A stretch of 44,283 nt of DNA from NCBI GenBank assembly GCA_046318695.1, contig JBKCTS010000276.1, positions 1-44,283 of the forward strand, given 5' to 3'. A program made the position numbers and the translations under genes. The notes beneath the pieces were generated by a model. That model was given only the letters and a program-made list of their open reading frames with translations, had not been told where the DNA came from and searched no databases. Positions 9,791 to 22,555 of the stretch are shown piece after piece (the first letter of the stretch is position 1; each line of letters opens with the position of its first letter). The stretch comes from Acidovorax sp. (lineage in GTDB: Bacteria > Pseudomonadota > Gammaproteobacteria > Burkholderiales > Burkholderiaceae_C).

Positions 9791-10042
9791 ATGCGTGGAG
9801 TATTCGGACTGATCGGTTTGGTCGTGGTGTTGGCCGTCGTGGGCGTGCTGGCCAAGAACCAGTTGGCGACCGCGCACGGCCCGGCAGGGCCGGTTCCAGG
9901 TGCCGCGGCCGTGTCTGCGGATGCGGCCTTGGTGCGGGCGGGCAATTTGCAAGAGCAGAGCCGTCAGGTGCAGGAACAAGTTCGCCAGCAGATGGAAGGG
10001 CTCATGCAGCAGACGCGGTCCATGCCAGACGCTGAAAAATGA
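9791..10042 (+). CDS. Small hypothetical membrane-anchored protein
   Basis: AAGGAG RBS, hydrophobic N-terminus, Gln-rich coiled C-terminus. Confidence 0.65.
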   Translation: MRGVFGLIGLVVVLAVVGVLAKNQLATAHGPAGPVPGAAAVSADAALVRAGNLQEQSRQVQEQVRQQMEGLMQQTRSMPDAEK

Positions 10043-11492
<1,450 letters not shown>

Positions 11493-11571
11493 AACCCAGC
11501 TGCTGCCCGTGCCTGCGTCCCCGCGGCAGCGCACCCTGTCTACGGAGCGGGCCACCAGCGGTCCGAGCGCT

Positions 11572-12555
11572 TTGCAACACCATCACGATCCATCGCACTG
11601 CGGGCACGACGACGGCCCCAAGCACATCTACATTTATTCGCCGTCCAGCGCCGTGCGCGACAAGGCGGCCTTCAAGCGCGGCATTGCACGCCTGAAGTCC
11701 CTGGGCCATGAGGTCGAGGTGGACCCGGATGCGCTTGCAGTGCACACCCGTTTTGCCGGTGATGATGAAACCCGTCTGGCCGCCATCCACCGCGCCGCAG
11801 CCAGTGGTGCCGATGTGGCCCTGATCTCGCGCGGCGGCTACGGCCTGTCGCGCCTTTTGCCTGGCATTCGCTACAAGGCGGTGGCCAAGGCGGTCGACAA
11901 GGGCATGCATTTTGTGGGTGTGAGCGACTTCACGGCCTTCCAGCTCGCGCTGCTGGCTCAAACCGGTGCCACTTCATGGGCTGGCCCTTCGCTCGGAGCT
12001 GACTTTGGCGTGGCGGGTGGCGAGCCTGACGACATCATGCAAGCCTGCTTTGATGACCTGCTCAGCGGTCATGGCGAGGGCTCCGGCTGGCGCATGCACC
12101 GCGAAAAGCCGCATGCTACGACCGGCAGGCCCGCGGTGCCGGGTGTGTATGTCAAAAGCGCCGTGCTGTGGGGCGGCAACCTGTCCGTGCTGGCCTCGCT
12201 GGTCGGCACGCCGTATCTACCCGATGTGCGGGGCGGGGTTTTGTTCCTGGAGGATGTGCACGAGCACCCCTATCGGATCGAGCGCATGCTCACACAACTG
12301 CTGCACGCAGGCGTGCTGGCGCGGCAAAAGGCGGTGGTGCTGGGACAGTTCACGAGTTTCAAGCTCGCGCCCCACGACAAGGGCTACAAGCTGCAGTCCG
12401 TCGTCGACTGGCTGCGCACGCAGATCAAGGCGCCTGTGCTGACCAATCTGCCGTTTGGCCATGTACCGACCAAGGTGCTGCTGCCGGTGGGGGCCCAAGT
12501 GTCGATTTCGGTGGAAGACCGCGATGCGCTGATCTACTGGGGCCATCAGCACTAG
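11572..12555 (+). CDS. ldcA: LD-carboxypeptidase (peptidase S66)
   Basis: SRGGYG, GVSDFT, GGNL, FLEDV, LPFGH motifs; start uncertain (TTG 11572 chosen). Confidence 0.85.
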   Translation: MQHHHDPSHCGHDDGPKHIYIYSPSSAVRDKAAFKRGIARLKSLGHEVEVDPDALAVHTRFAGDDETRLAAIHRAAASGADVALISRGGYGLSRLLPGIRYKAVAKAVDKGMHFVGVSDFTAFQLALLAQTGATSWAGPSLGADFGVAGGEPDDIMQACFDDLLSGHGEGSGWRMHREKPHATTGRPAVPGVYVKSAVLWGGNLSVLASLVGTPYLPDVRGGVLFLEDVHEHPYRIERMLTQLLHAGVLARQKAVVLGQFTSFKLAPHDKGYKLQSVVDWLRTQIKAPVLTNLPFGHVPTKVLLPVGAQVSISVEDRDALIYWGHQH

Positions 12556-12676
12556 GAGTATTGAGAAGTCTTTAGGAGTCCTGGCAGCGGCAAGCGAACT
12601 GCGAGCTTGGCGTTCGCAGGGGGGCAATGAACAAGCAACCATCGCCATCGAGCCCGCGTCCTGCGCGGCCATCGGT

Positions 12677-13024
12677 TCAGGCAAACCGTTGTGACAGCGG
12701 TTCGCGAAGCGTCGTGGGCAATTGCCCCTGAAAAAGCCCCGTCAGCTCGTCTAGAGTGGAGCGCGCCGGGCCTTCGCCCTGTAGATCCGACAATGTGCTG
12801 AACAAATCATCGCGCAGGTACCAAAGCGCCTCGATATCGCAGGCATACCGCAAGCGTATGTTCATGCGTGCCACATCGCATCCGGTACTGCCAGCAAGAC
12901 TGGCGAGCATGGCGTGGCGAACGCGCTCCACACCCTGGTTGTGCACCCATGCGGTCGATGACGGCCTGTTTCGGCCAAGCATGTTGTCGGTGTTGGTGTG
13001 AACTTCGGGCAAGTACCAGCGCAT
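12677..13024 (-). CDS. Hypothetical protein
   Basis: Helical ORF with a LWYLR motif occupying an otherwise empty gap; start uncertain. Confidence 0.55.
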   Translation of the reverse strand: MRWYLPEVHTNTDNMLGRNRPSSTAWVHNQGVERVRHAMLASLAGSTGCDVARMNIRLRYACDIEALWYLRDDLFSTLSDLQGEGPARSTLDELTGLFQGQLPTTLREPLSQRFA

Positions 13025-13351
13025 GGGTTTCGGCGACTTCGCAGCAGTAGTGCAGGGCCGCAAAAGGTACGTGCCCTCCAGGGTTTGTGCAATCAGGGTT
13101 GCTACGCATTTTTGACAAAAGACAACAGTGCCCGCGTCGGGTGTCTGTGCGCGCTGCTGTGCGCTCCAACGCCTTTGACCGGCGCTACGCGCAGGCGCTA
13201 CGCGCAGGCGCTGCGATGGACAAGGACCTCATACCGTCGCGCGCGGCAAGGCCTTGCCCAGGCTGGGAAACTTTCGTTCAACCCGGTTTCGCACGCGCGG
13301 GGCGATGCTGGACTAAACTGGACGGATGACCTTGCCTATGTTTCGCTCCCG

Positions 13352-14281
13352 ATGAGTCAGCTCCGGACGGTGGTCTTTGCCGACATCCTGGGCAGTGTCT
13401 CGCTGTTCGAGACCATGGGCAACGAGCGCGCGACTCAGGCGATCACGCGGCTCACGCAATGGCTGGTCGAAAACGTGGAGGCGCACGGCGGCCGGGTGGT
13501 CAAAACCCTGGGCGATGGCGTGCTAGGCTTGTTTGGGGATGCCTCGGACGCGGTCGCATTCATGGCGCTCCTGCTGCGCCAGCATCGTGTGCGGCAGGAC
13601 TGCCTGCCGTTGCCGATGCAACTCGATATTCGGGCGGGTATTGCCAGCGGCGACGTGGTCGATGTGGACGGCGACTGTTACGGCGATGCCGTCAATGTGG
13701 CGGCCCGTCTTTGCGAACGGGCCGGGCCTGGCGAGATCTGGACTACCGAAGCGTCGGTGCTGCTGGCGGGGAACTCGTTGGACGTGAGTTATCGCAACCT
13801 GGGGCCGATGGAGTTGCGTGGCAAGTCCCATCGACTGGTCCTCTACCAGGTCGAATGGCGCGAAAACGAGGCTGCTGAGGTGCTGACCATGCAGGCGGGG
13901 TTGGTGAGCAACTTTGGGCCTGCCGATTCCATCCTGGGGCAGATCCAGTTTTCCGGGCATGGCATCGACATAAGCTTTGTGTCGAGCGATACGCCAGTGC
14001 ACCTGGGGCGGGCGAGTCACGCGCAGCTTTGCATCGACGATCCGCGGGTGTCACGTCTGCATGCGCGCATCGATTGGCGCAACAGCGGCTTTTTACTGAC
14101 CGACCTGAGCAGTTTCGGCACGTGGGTGCGGTTTGATGGCAGTGTGTCCCCGGTGCGGCTGCGTCGGGATGCCTGCATCCTGCATGGCAGTGGCAAGATG
14201 GCGCTGGGTATGTCGTTCAGCGATCCCAGCGCGCCAGTGCTCAGCTTTCGCGTGGCGGGCCCCAGCGTTCACCGGCGTTAG
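13352..14281 (+). CDS. Class III nucleotide cyclase with C-terminal FHA domain
   Basis: VFADILGS, VKTLGDG, YGDAVNVAARL; FHA motifs LGR, VSRLHA, SSFGTW. Confidence 0.85.
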   Translation: MSQLRTVVFADILGSVSLFETMGNERATQAITRLTQWLVENVEAHGGRVVKTLGDGVLGLFGDASDAVAFMALLLRQHRVRQDCLPLPMQLDIRAGIASGDVVDVDGDCYGDAVNVAARLCERAGPGEIWTTEASVLLAGNSLDVSYRNLGPMELRGKSHRLVLYQVEWRENEAAEVLTMQAGLVSNFGPADSILGQIQFSGHGIDISFVSSDTPVHLGRASHAQLCIDDPRVSRLHARIDWRNSGFLLTDLSSFGTWVRFDGSVSPVRLRRDACILHGSGKMALGMSFSDPSAPVLSFRVAGPSVHRR

Positions 14282-14423
14282 TCGGACCCGGAGGGCGCCC
14301 GCTGCACATCGGCCGCAGCGGTCCACGGTTGGCGCCACCACCGTGACCTGCAGGGCAATGCACGGACAGTAACTGCCTTGAGCGGGCGCAATCGGTGACG
14401 GTGGCCCGAAAGCTGCGGTGGGG

Positions 14424-15698
14424 TCAGCTGCCACGCGTGATGGGCACGCCTGCATCGCGGCCATAAGCGCCGTACTTGCCCAGTTCCCATTTGGCAATGG
14501 CATTGCGGTGGACTTCATCCGGTCCGTCGGCAAAGCGCAGCGTGCGGGCGTTGGCATAGGCGTAGGCCAGGGGGAAGTCGTCGCTCACGCCACCGCCGCC
14601 GTGCACCTGCATGGCCCAGTCAATCACTTCGCAGGCCATGCTGGGCGCCACAACCTTGATCATGGCGATCTCGGTCTTGGCCACCTTGTTGCCGGCCACG
14701 TCCATCAGCCACGCGGCCTTGAGCGTGAGCAGGCGCGCCATGTCGATCTTGCAGCGGGCCTGCGCGATGCGCTCTTGTGTGACGGTCTGCTGGGCGACCG
14801 TCTTGCCAAACGCAACCCGTGAAGATGCGCGCTTGCACATCAGTTCCAGTGCGCGCTCGGCCAGGCCGATCAGGCGCATGCAGTGGTGGATTCGGCCAGG
14901 GCCCAGGCGACCCTGGGCGATCTCGAAGCCGCGTCCCTCGCCGAGCAGGATGTTGGAAACCGGCACCCGCACGTTTTCAAAGGTCATCTCGACGTGGCCG
15001 TGGGGGGCATCGTCGTAGCCGAACACATTGAGCGGGCGGATGATGGTGATGCCCTTGGCGTCCGCAGGCACCAGCACCATGCTCTGCTGCGAGTGGCGCG
15101 CCGCCTCGGGATCGGTCTTGCCCATGGTGATGAACACCGCGCAGCGTGGGTCGGCAGCGCCGGAGATCCACCATTTGTGGCCATTGATCACGTACTCATC
15201 GCCCTGGCGCTCAATGCGCGTCTCGATGTTGGTGGCGTCGCTTGATGCCACGGCCGGTTCGGTCATGGCGAAGGCCGATCGGATCTTGCCTTCGAGCAGT
15301 GGCTTGAGCCAGCGGGCCTTGTTGGCCTCGTCGCCATAGCGGGCAATGGTTTCCATGTTGCCCGTGTCAGGGGCAGAGCAGTTGAACACCTCGCTGGCCC
15401 ATGGCACGCGGCCCATGATCTCGGCCAGGGGCGCATATTCCTGGTTGGTCAGGCCCGCGCCTTCGTAGCCCGATGCGGCAGCGCTGTCCACCGGCAGGAA
15501 CAGGTTCCACAAGCCAGCGGCCTGGGCCTTGGGTTTGAGCTGCTCGATGGTGGAAAGCGCAGACCAGCGCTTGCCCGCAGCCGTGTTGGCCGCCAATTCG
15601 GCCGAATAAACCGATTCGGCGGGGTAGATGTGCTCGTCCATGAACTGGAGCAGTTGGGCCTGCAGTTCCTTGGTTTTGGGGGAATAGTCAAAGTCCAT
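14424..15698 (-). CDS. Acyl-CoA dehydrogenase
   Basis: [46 protein letters not shown]. Confidence 0.93.
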   Translation of the reverse strand: MDFDYSPKTKELQAQLLQFMDEHIYPAESVYSAELAANTAAGKRWSALSTIEQLKPKAQAAGLWNLFLPVDSAAASGYEGAGLTNQEYAPLAEIMGRVPWASEVFNCSAPDTGNMETIARYGDEANKARWLKPLLEGKIRSAFAMTEPAVASSDATNIETRIERQGDEYVINGHKWWISGAADPRCAVFITMGKTDPEAARHSQQSMVLVPADAKGITIIRPLNVFGYDDAPHGHVEMTFENVRVPVSNILLGEGRGFEIAQGRLGPGRIHHCMRLIGLAERALELMCKRASSRVAFGKTVAQQTVTQERIAQARCKIDMARLLTLKAAWLMDVAGNKVAKTEIAMIKVVAPSMACEVIDWAMQVHGGGGVSDDFPLAYAYANARTLRFADGPDEVHRNAIAKWELGKYGAYGRDAGVPITRGS

Positions 15699-15744
15699 GG
15701 AAGCTCCGTCGAAAAATGGGTGGGACCGATTGGCGGTGCCTGAT

Positions 15745-16830
15745 TCAGCCGCGCTGCGCGAACGACCAGGCCAGTTGCGCCATGGGCCGGGCCGTATCGC
15801 CAGACGCCCTGGCCTGCGCGCTGGATGCTGTGCCGGCCTCCACCCGCTTGGCAATGCCCTGCAGGATGGCGGCAATGCGGAACAGGTTGTAGGCGAGGTA
15901 GAAGTTCCAGTCGGCGCGCAGCGACTCGGGCGTGGCAATGCCCGTGCGTTCGCAGTAACGGCGGATGTAGGTGTCTTCATCGGGGATGCCCAGCGCGCGC
16001 AGATCCAGCCCGGCAATGCCTCGGCCAAGCGACGCCGGGATGTGCCAGCTCATGCAGTGGTAGCTGAAATCGGCCAGCGGATGGCCCAGCGTGGACAGCT
16101 CCCAGTCCAGCACGGCCATCACGCGCGGCTCAGTGGGGTGAAACATCAGGTTGTCCAGGCGGTAGTCGCCGTGCACGATGGACACATGACGCTCGTCGCG
16201 CGCGCTGGCGGGCATGTGGGCCGGCAGCCATTGCATCAGGCGATCCATCTCATCGATGGGCTGGGTGATGGATGCGACGTACTGTTTGCTCCAGCGGCCG
16301 ATCTGCCGCTCGAAGTAGTTGCCTGGCTTGCCATAGCTGGCCAGACCTCGGTCAGCGAACTTCACGGTGTGCAGGGCGCATAGCACGCGGTTCATCTCGT
16401 CATAGATAGCAGCTCGGCCAGCGGGATCCATGCCGGGCAGGGATTGGTCCCACAGCACGCGACCCTGCATGCACTCCATGACGTAGAAGGCGCGGCCGAT
16501 CACGCTTTCGTCCTCGCACAGCACATGCATGCGCGGCACGGGCACATCGGTACCGTACAGGCCGCTCATCACCGCAAATTCGCGCTCGATGGCATGGGCC
16601 GAAGGCAGCAGCTTGGCCACCGGCCCTGGCTTGGAGCGCATCACGTAGCTGGCGGTGGGCGTGTTGAGCTTGTATGTGGGGTTGGACTGGCCTCCCTTGA
16701 ACATCTCCACGGCCAGGGGGCCGCAAAAGCCCTCCATGTGCTTCTCCAGCCAGTCGGTCAGGGCCACGGTGTCGAAAGCGTGCTGTTCGGACAACGGGCG
16801 TGTGCCGACAAAATGATCAAAGTCGCTCAT
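15745..16830 (-). CDS. Phosphotransferase (APH-like) family protein
   Basis: [24 protein letters not shown]; commonly paired with this ACAD subfamily. Confidence 0.88.
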   Translation of the reverse strand: MSDFDHFVGTRPLSEQHAFDTVALTDWLEKHMEGFCGPLAVEMFKGGQSNPTYKLNTPTASYVMRSKPGPVAKLLPSAHAIEREFAVMSGLYGTDVPVPRMHVLCEDESVIGRAFYVMECMQGRVLWDQSLPGMDPAGRAAIYDEMNRVLCALHTVKFADRGLASYGKPGNYFERQIGRWSKQYVASITQPIDEMDRLMQWLPAHMPASARDERHVSIVHGDYRLDNLMFHPTEPRVMAVLDWELSTLGHPLADFSYHCMSWHIPASLGRGIAGLDLRALGIPDEDTYIRRYCERTGIATPESLRADWNFYLAYNLFRIAAILQGIAKRVEAGTASSAQARASGDTARPMAQLAWSFAQRG

Positions 16831-16847
16831 GGCTGGCGTGGAATGGT

Positions 16848-17567
16848 TCAGCGGTCACTCTCGGCAATGCGCATGAGTGCTGCGCGATCGCGCACCACCA
16901 GGCCGCCCGGTTCGATGCGAATGGCTTCCTCGCGCTCCATGGCCTTGAGCTCCTGATTGACCCGCTGGCGCGATGCTCCCAGCAGCTGTGCCAGCTCTTC
17001 CTGCGCCAGCTGCAGGCCGATGCGCATCTCGCTGCCGTCGGACAGGCTGGGGATGCCGTAGCTGCGCACCAGATGGACCAGCTGTTTGGCCAGCCGTGCG
17101 CGCAGGGGCAGGGTGTTGAGGTCTTCCACCAGGCCGTACAGTTGGCGGATGCGCCGCGCATGCAGGCGCAGCATGGCCTCGTAGAACTCCACGTGGGCGG
17201 CAAGTATTTTCTTGAAGTCGGCCTTGGCCACGCACAAAACGGTGGTGTCGCCATGCGCGTAGGCGTCGTGCGTGCGACGGTCTCCGTCGAAAATCGCCAC
17301 GTCGCCGAACCAGATGCCTGGCTCGACATAGGTCAGCGTGATCTGCTTGCCCGAGATGGAGGTGGAACTCACACGCACCGCACCGCGCGCGCAGGCAATC
17401 CACTCCTCGGGCGGGTCTCCGCGGGCGGCAATCAGGCCGCCGTCCTTGAAGCGTTTGACGTAGGCGCATCGCAGGATGTCGTGGCGCAGCGAAGGTGAAA
17501 GGGATGAAAACCAGCGACCGGCGTTGATCGCCTCTCGTTCTTCGATGGTAAGAATGGGGTCGTCCAT
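16848..17567 (-). CDS. Crp/Fnr family transcriptional regulator
   Basis: cNMP-binding WFGDVAIFDGDRRTHDA; HTH QEELAQLLGASRQRVN. Confidence 0.92.
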   Translation of the reverse strand: MDDPILTIEEREAINAGRWFSSLSPSLRHDILRCAYVKRFKDGGLIAARGDPPEEWIACARGAVRVSSTSISGKQITLTYVEPGIWFGDVAIFDGDRRTHDAYAHGDTTVLCVAKADFKKILAAHVEFYEAMLRLHARRIRQLYGLVEDLNTLPLRARLAKQLVHLVRSYGIPSLSDGSEMRIGLQLAQEELAQLLGASRQRVNQELKAMEREEAIRIEPGGLVVRDRAALMRIAESDR

Positions 17568-17813
17568 GGGCTGTCTTTTGCGGGACTGTTGACGGGGCCA
17601 TTGTCACGTGAGGGACCATGGCCTGGCGTCAGGGTTTGTCACCTGCGCGTCTGGGGCGGGTCAGGGCAGGGCCCCTTGGCAGGCGTCAGCACCCCGCAGG
17701 GGCCTCTGCCCCGCGCCCGCTGAAAACCCTGCAATGCCCTGATGGCCGCGTGTCAACGGGCGCGGGCTGGCCCGGCAACCACGCCGTGATGCGGGGTGGG
17801 CCGGGCTGGTGGG

Positions 17814-18593
17814 CTATTCGTAACGCGGCTCGCGCTTGTCCAAAAACGCTTGGATGCCGACGCCTGCATTGGGGTGGTGCAGGTTTTTCACGATGTGGTC
17901 GCGTTCGTGGTCGAGTTGCTGCGTCAGCGTGGCGTGGGGCGCATCGTTGATCAGCTCCTTGATGCTGGCAAGCGCGTTCGGCGCGCGCGCATTGAGCTGT
18001 TGCGCAAGGCAAAGCGCTGCATCCAGGGCGCTGCCCGGCTCGGTCATGCGGTTGACCAAGCCCAGCGCATACAGCCGCTCTGCGCCCAGGCGGTCGCCGC
18101 ACATCAGTATCTCCGCAGCCATGTGCCGCGACAGGCCATGCACCAGGCTCCAACTGGCGCCCCCATCGGGCGACAGCGCGACGTTGCTGTAGGCCATCAC
18201 AAATACGGCGTTGCGCGCTGCAACGATCATGTCGCATGCCAGCGCCAGCGAAAAGCCCGCGCCCGCCGCGGCGCCCTCGACCGCCGCGATCACGGGCTTG
18301 GGGTAGGTGCGAATGGTTTCGATCCAGTGATGCAGGCCTTCGATGCTCTCGGCCTGAACAGCGGGGTCCTGTTGCCGGTTGGCCAGCAGGCGCTCCAGGT
18401 TGCCACCGGCGCAGAATGTTCCGTCGGTGCCTGTGATGATCACGCTGCGGATGTCGGCACTGCGCTCGGCCACGCCCAGGGCTTCGATGCCGGCTGCGTA
18501 CATGACCGGATCGAGTGCGTTGCGGCGCTCCGGGTTGCGCAGGGTGAGGATCAGGGTCTGACCCTGGCTGCTACTTTGAAGTTCTGCGGGCAT
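17814..18593 (-). CDS. Enoyl-CoA hydratase/isomerase family protein
   Basis: FCAGGNL, AAVEGAAAGAGFSLALACD, LSPDGG crotonase motifs. Confidence 0.9.
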   Translation of the reverse strand: MPAELQSSSQGQTLILTLRNPERRNALDPVMYAAGIEALGVAERSADIRSVIITGTDGTFCAGGNLERLLANRQQDPAVQAESIEGLHHWIETIRTYPKPVIAAVEGAAAGAGFSLALACDMIVAARNAVFVMAYSNVALSPDGGASWSLVHGLSRHMAAEILMCGDRLGAERLYALGLVNRMTEPGSALDAALCLAQQLNARAPNALASIKELINDAPHATLTQQLDHERDHIVKNLHHPNAGVGIQAFLDKREPRYE

Positions 18594-18679
18594 GGGGGCC
18601 TTTGAGTGGGGTGTAAGGCGGCGCGATGCCGGGGCGGTCGTCAGGGTGCGTGCGGGGCGGTGTGGTGGGCTGGCGGTCG

Positions 18680-20200
18680 TTATTCCTCAACGTGGGTCAA
18701 GCTCAGGCCGATGGCGCCGCGGCGGCGCAGCCAGGGGCTTGGGCGGTACCGCATGTCGCCATAGACGGTTTGCATGTTGAAAAGCACTTCCAGGATGTTG
18801 GTGGGCCCCAGGCGGTCGCCCAGGGCCAGCGGCCCCAGCGGATACCCCAGGCCCAGAGTGACGGCAGTTTCAAGGTCGCGCGGGCTGCAGATACCCTGCT
18901 GGCAGATGTCGCTGGCGATGTTGACGATGGTCGCCACGACCCGTTGTGTCACAAAGCCGCCACTGTCGCGGATCATGCTCACGGGCTTGCCGTCGCGGGC
19001 AAACAACGCATGCGCTGCGTTGCGAATGTCCACGCGGGTGGCGGGGTTCGTGGCCAGCACACGGCGGCGGGTTTCGGCGTCGCCGATCAGCATGTCGATG
19101 CCGATGGTACGGGCCGGGTCCAGCCGCTCGACCACGGCCACCGTGGTCACGTCAAACCCCAGCGGTGCCACCAGCGTGATGGCCTGCGCGGAAGGAGACT
19201 GGCCCGTCTCGATGGTCGCGCCCAGGTCCTTGAGCAGTTGGTACAACTCGGCGCGCCGGGATGCACGGGGGGACACCCACACCGGGGGCACCAGGTCCAC
19301 GGCAGGAGTCGGTGGCTCGGCGGGGGGGTGGGCCACGCCATCGGCATAGCGGTAGAAGCCTTCGCCCACCTTTTTTCCAACCAGCCCTCCGGCGAGTCGC
19401 TGCGCGGTGATCACGCTGGGGCGAAAACGCGGCTCATCGTAGAACTGCCGGTAGATGGACTCCATCACGGGGTGTGACACATCAAGCGCTGTCAAATCCA
19501 ACAGTTCGAATGGGCCAAGCTTGAAGCCTGCCTGGTCGCGCAGGATGCGGTCCACCGTGGCGAAGTCCGCCACGCCTTCGCTCACGATGCGCAGCGCTTC
19601 GGTGCCAAAGCCCCTGCCGGCATGGTTGACGATGAAGCCCGGCGTGTCTTGAGCCTGAACGGGGGTGTGTCCCATCTGCCGGGCGTAGGTGGACAGCGCC
19701 GCGCAGATGGCTGGATCGGTCTTCAGGCCTGCGATGACCTCCACCACCTTCATCAGCGGCACCGGATTGAAGAAATGAAAGCCCGCCAGTTGCGCCGGTC
19801 GGGGCAGCCCGGCACCGATCGCCGTGACCGACAGGGATGATGTGTTGGTGGCCAGCACTGCATCGTCGCGCAGAACCTGCTGCAACTGCGCCAGCAAGGC
19901 CTGCTTGGCTTCCAGCCGCTCGACGATGGCTTCCACGACCAGATCGCATTCGGCGAGGTCTAAAATTGCAGCCACGGGATGCAGCCTTGCGCTGAGCGCG
20001 CTGGCCTGGGCTTGCTCGAGCCTGCCCTTGGCCACGAGCCGGCTCCACTGGTCTTCAATGGCCGCTTTGGCGGCCTGGGATGCCCCCGGGTTGGCGTCCA
20101 GCAAAAACACATCGCTGCCGGCCTGGGCGGCAATTTGAGCAATGCCACGGCCCATGGTACCCGCGCCAGCGATTCCGATGCGGGAAAACTGAATCTTCAT
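18680..20200 (-). CDS. 3-hydroxyacyl-CoA dehydrogenase (PaaH-like, long form)
   Basis: GAGTMGRGIAQ, EAIVE, TNTSSLS, HFFNP, duplicated C-terminal domain. Confidence 0.92.
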   Translation of the reverse strand: MKIQFSRIGIAGAGTMGRGIAQIAAQAGSDVFLLDANPGASQAAKAAIEDQWSRLVAKGRLEQAQASALSARLHPVAAILDLAECDLVVEAIVERLEAKQALLAQLQQVLRDDAVLATNTSSLSVTAIGAGLPRPAQLAGFHFFNPVPLMKVVEVIAGLKTDPAICAALSTYARQMGHTPVQAQDTPGFIVNHAGRGFGTEALRIVSEGVADFATVDRILRDQAGFKLGPFELLDLTALDVSHPVMESIYRQFYDEPRFRPSVITAQRLAGGLVGKKVGEGFYRYADGVAHPPAEPPTPAVDLVPPVWVSPRASRRAELYQLLKDLGATIETGQSPSAQAITLVAPLGFDVTTVAVVERLDPARTIGIDMLIGDAETRRRVLATNPATRVDIRNAAHALFARDGKPVSMIRDSGGFVTQRVVATIVNIASDICQQGICSPRDLETAVTLGLGYPLGPLALGDRLGPTNILEVLFNMQTVYGDMRYRPSPWLRRRGAIGLSLTHVEE

Positions 20201-20274
20201 AGCGCGATTATGGCCGTGGCCCTGGCTGCGCGTTGTGTGCCAGAATCCGTAGCTGGGTGAAATAAATCGTGACC

Positions 20275-22437
20275 ATGATCAAGTTTCTATTTGGCGCAGC
20301 CCTCTGGGCGTTGGCAGCCGGTACCAGTGCGCTATCGCTGGGAAGTAGCCGCGGCCAGGTGACGATCGGCGCGCCGTTGGATCTGGCGTTCGAGATCCAG
20401 CCCGATGTGGGCTCCGACGTTGCCGGTTCCTGTGTGTCTGCTCAGGTGATTTCGGGAGAAATTCCTTTGGGTGTTTCCCGCATTCGGGTCACCCCGATCG
20501 CTGAGTCGCGTGGCGGGCCACCGGCGGTGCGGGTGCAGACCACGGTGGTGGTGGATGAACCCGTTGTCAGCGTGACGCTTGTTGCCGGTTGTTCTGCCAG
20601 GACTACCCGCAGTTACACATTCCTTGCTGAGCTTCCTGCGACGGTCGTTCGTTCAGGCGCGCCGGTGGATGTTGCGCGGCTGGCTCAGGCCGTTGTGCCG
20701 ACCGCGGTGCCCGTTGCCGAGCCAGCCTTGGGTCGTCAGCCCGTCGTGCAGACTCAACCACAGGCTGCTGCCTCCGGTGCCCCTCTCGCTGCAGGCCGCA
20801 CGGTCAGTCGGCCCCCTCGGGTCAGTAGCACAGTAAATCCTCCGGTCGCACCAGCAGCGCCGCCCGATCGTCCGGTCAAGTCCAGGGCTGCGCCTGCGAA
20901 CTCCAGGGAAAAAGCTCCAGCTTCGCGCCTGGTGGTCGAGCCGTTGGACACTTGGCTGGACAACCCCGTGGTGTTGCGCAGTGCGGCTTTGCTGAGCATC
21001 ACCCCCGACGAGGAGCCGACGGCCCAGCGCGCTCAGGCGGTTGCCCTGTGGAAGGCGCTGAACGCTCAGCCGGGCGACGTTGAGTCTGATGCCGAGCGTG
21101 CCAAGATTCGGGAGGCTGATCTGGCCACGCTGAAAGAACAGGCCGCGCGGGACCGCGCCGTTGCCGTTCAGCTGCAGGAGCAGATGTTGCAGCTCGAAAA
21201 CGATCGGTTTAGCCCCACGGTAGTTTATGGACTTGCCGGCCTGCTCGCGTTGGCCTTGGCAGCCGCTGGCTGGGCGCTTGTCAGGCTGCGTGATGCGTCG
21301 GACAGGGCCGTCAAATCCTGGCTCGATTCTGTGGAGCGGGGCTCTCGCGAAGCGGTCCAGGCGCATGAAGAGTCGCTCAGGCCCATGTCGCGCCGGGACG
21401 ATCTATGGCCCGTCTCGCAAACACTGCCTTCGCCAGACCTGTTGTCTGTTCCAGACGACTTGGGCCCGGCCAGTGCGCCCGCTCCGCTCCAACCTTCAAA
21501 AGCAGCACCAGCACCAGTGACAGCGCCGCTAACAGAACCGGAAGCAGCGCCGAAGGCCCAGGCGCTAGCGCCTGCAACGGCGCTGCACATCGTCAATCCA
21601 GGGGAGTTGTTCGACATCCAGCAGCAGGCCGAGTTTTTTGTGTCCGTTGGCGAACACCAGCAGGCCATTGATGTCCTCAAACTCCACATTGCGGAACACC
21701 GCAAGACGTCGCCGCTGGCGTACCTGGAACTGCTGCGGCTTTATCACACCCTCAGCCGCGTGGTCGAGTATGGCCAGTTGCGTGCGCAGTTCATACAGTC
21801 GTTCAATGCGAGGGTGCCCGAATTTGCGGCGTTCAGCCAGCCCAGCCGCTCGCTCGAGCGTTACAGCGATGCGCTGGCGGAAATTGAGGCGCAATGGGCT
21901 TCTGCGTCCGTAAACGATCTGCTCAGGAGCTACCTTTTCGCAGACAAGGGCGTTGCCGCGGTCGAGCCGTTCGACTTGGCAGCGTTCGATGATCTTTTGC
22001 TGTTGTTGTCCATTGTGCAAACCACCCAGCCCAGCGCGCGGGGAGAGCCTGGGCCGCGCCAGCGGACCACGCCATTGGCAGCGCCCCGCACGGAGTCCGC
22101 GGTGTTCAGCGGCGTAGTGCCGTCCGGCGCAACTGGCGATGCTTTCGCGGCGACAGCCGGCTCTTCCGAGGGACCGCTGAACGACATCATCGATTTCGAG
22201 CTTGATTCGGTGCCCGGCGAGTTGGGTCTTGATAGCCCCGCGTCGCAGGCTCTTGGGTTGGACTCGCTGCCGATGAATCTGGATCTTTCCGACGAGTCCC
22301 TCATCGCGGCCGGCGATTCCCATGCCACGCCTGAGGCGTATCCTGGGGCTGGGCAGCACATGGAGTTCGCCATGGACAGTGATCTTGCATTGCTCCGGCT
22401 TGAACTTGACAAAGGCAGGAAAGGCGAACTCGGGTAG
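20275..22437 (+). CDS. FimV-like membrane protein
   Basis: Signal peptide then ALSLG...GAPL FimV N-terminal fold, Pro/Ala linker, coiled coil, TM, cytoplasmic QQAEFFVSVGE repeat. Confidence 0.7.
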   Translation: MIKFLFGAALWALAAGTSALSLGSSRGQVTIGAPLDLAFEIQPDVGSDVAGSCVSAQVISGEIPLGVSRIRVTPIAESRGGPPAVRVQTTVVVDEPVVSVTLVAGCSARTTRSYTFLAELPATVVRSGAPVDVARLAQAVVPTAVPVAEPALGRQPVVQTQPQAAASGAPLAAGRTVSRPPRVSSTVNPPVAPAAPPDRPVKSRAAPANSREKAPASRLVVEPLDTWLDNPVVLRSAALLSITPDEEPTAQRAQAVALWKALNAQPGDVESDAERAKIREADLATLKEQAARDRAVAVQLQEQMLQLENDRFSPTVVYGLAGLLALALAAAGWALVRLRDASDRAVKSWLDSVERGSREAVQAHEESLRPMSRRDDLWPVSQTLPSPDLLSVPDDLGPASAPAPLQPSKAAPAPVTAPLTEPEAAPKAQALAPATALHIVNPGELFDIQQQAEFFVSVGEHQQAIDVLKLHIAEHRKTSPLAYLELLRLYHTLSRVVEYGQLRAQFIQSFNARVPEFAAFSQPSRSLERYSDALAEIEAQWASASVNDLLRSYLFADKGVAAVEPFDLAAFDDLLLLLSIVQTTQPSARGEPGPRQRTTPLAAPRTESAVFSGVVPSGATGDAFAATAGSSEGPLNDIIDFELDSVPGELGLDSPASQALGLDSLPMNLDLSDESLIAAGDSHATPEAYPGAGQHMEFAMDSDLALLRLELDKGRKGELG

Positions 22438-22555
22438 TGCTTGTCGGTCATGCCCGATCGCGGCGAGCGCACACGACCATCTATGACGGGTGTGTCGTCC
22501 GCGCGCGACTTGGGCAGCCAGCCGCTGCTGGTCGTCTCCAACATGCCCAACTGAC

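Noticed and set aside
13181-13212. 13-bp tandem duplication GGCGCTACGCGCA x2.5
   Set aside because: Short, isolated slippage-type duplication with no supporting context.
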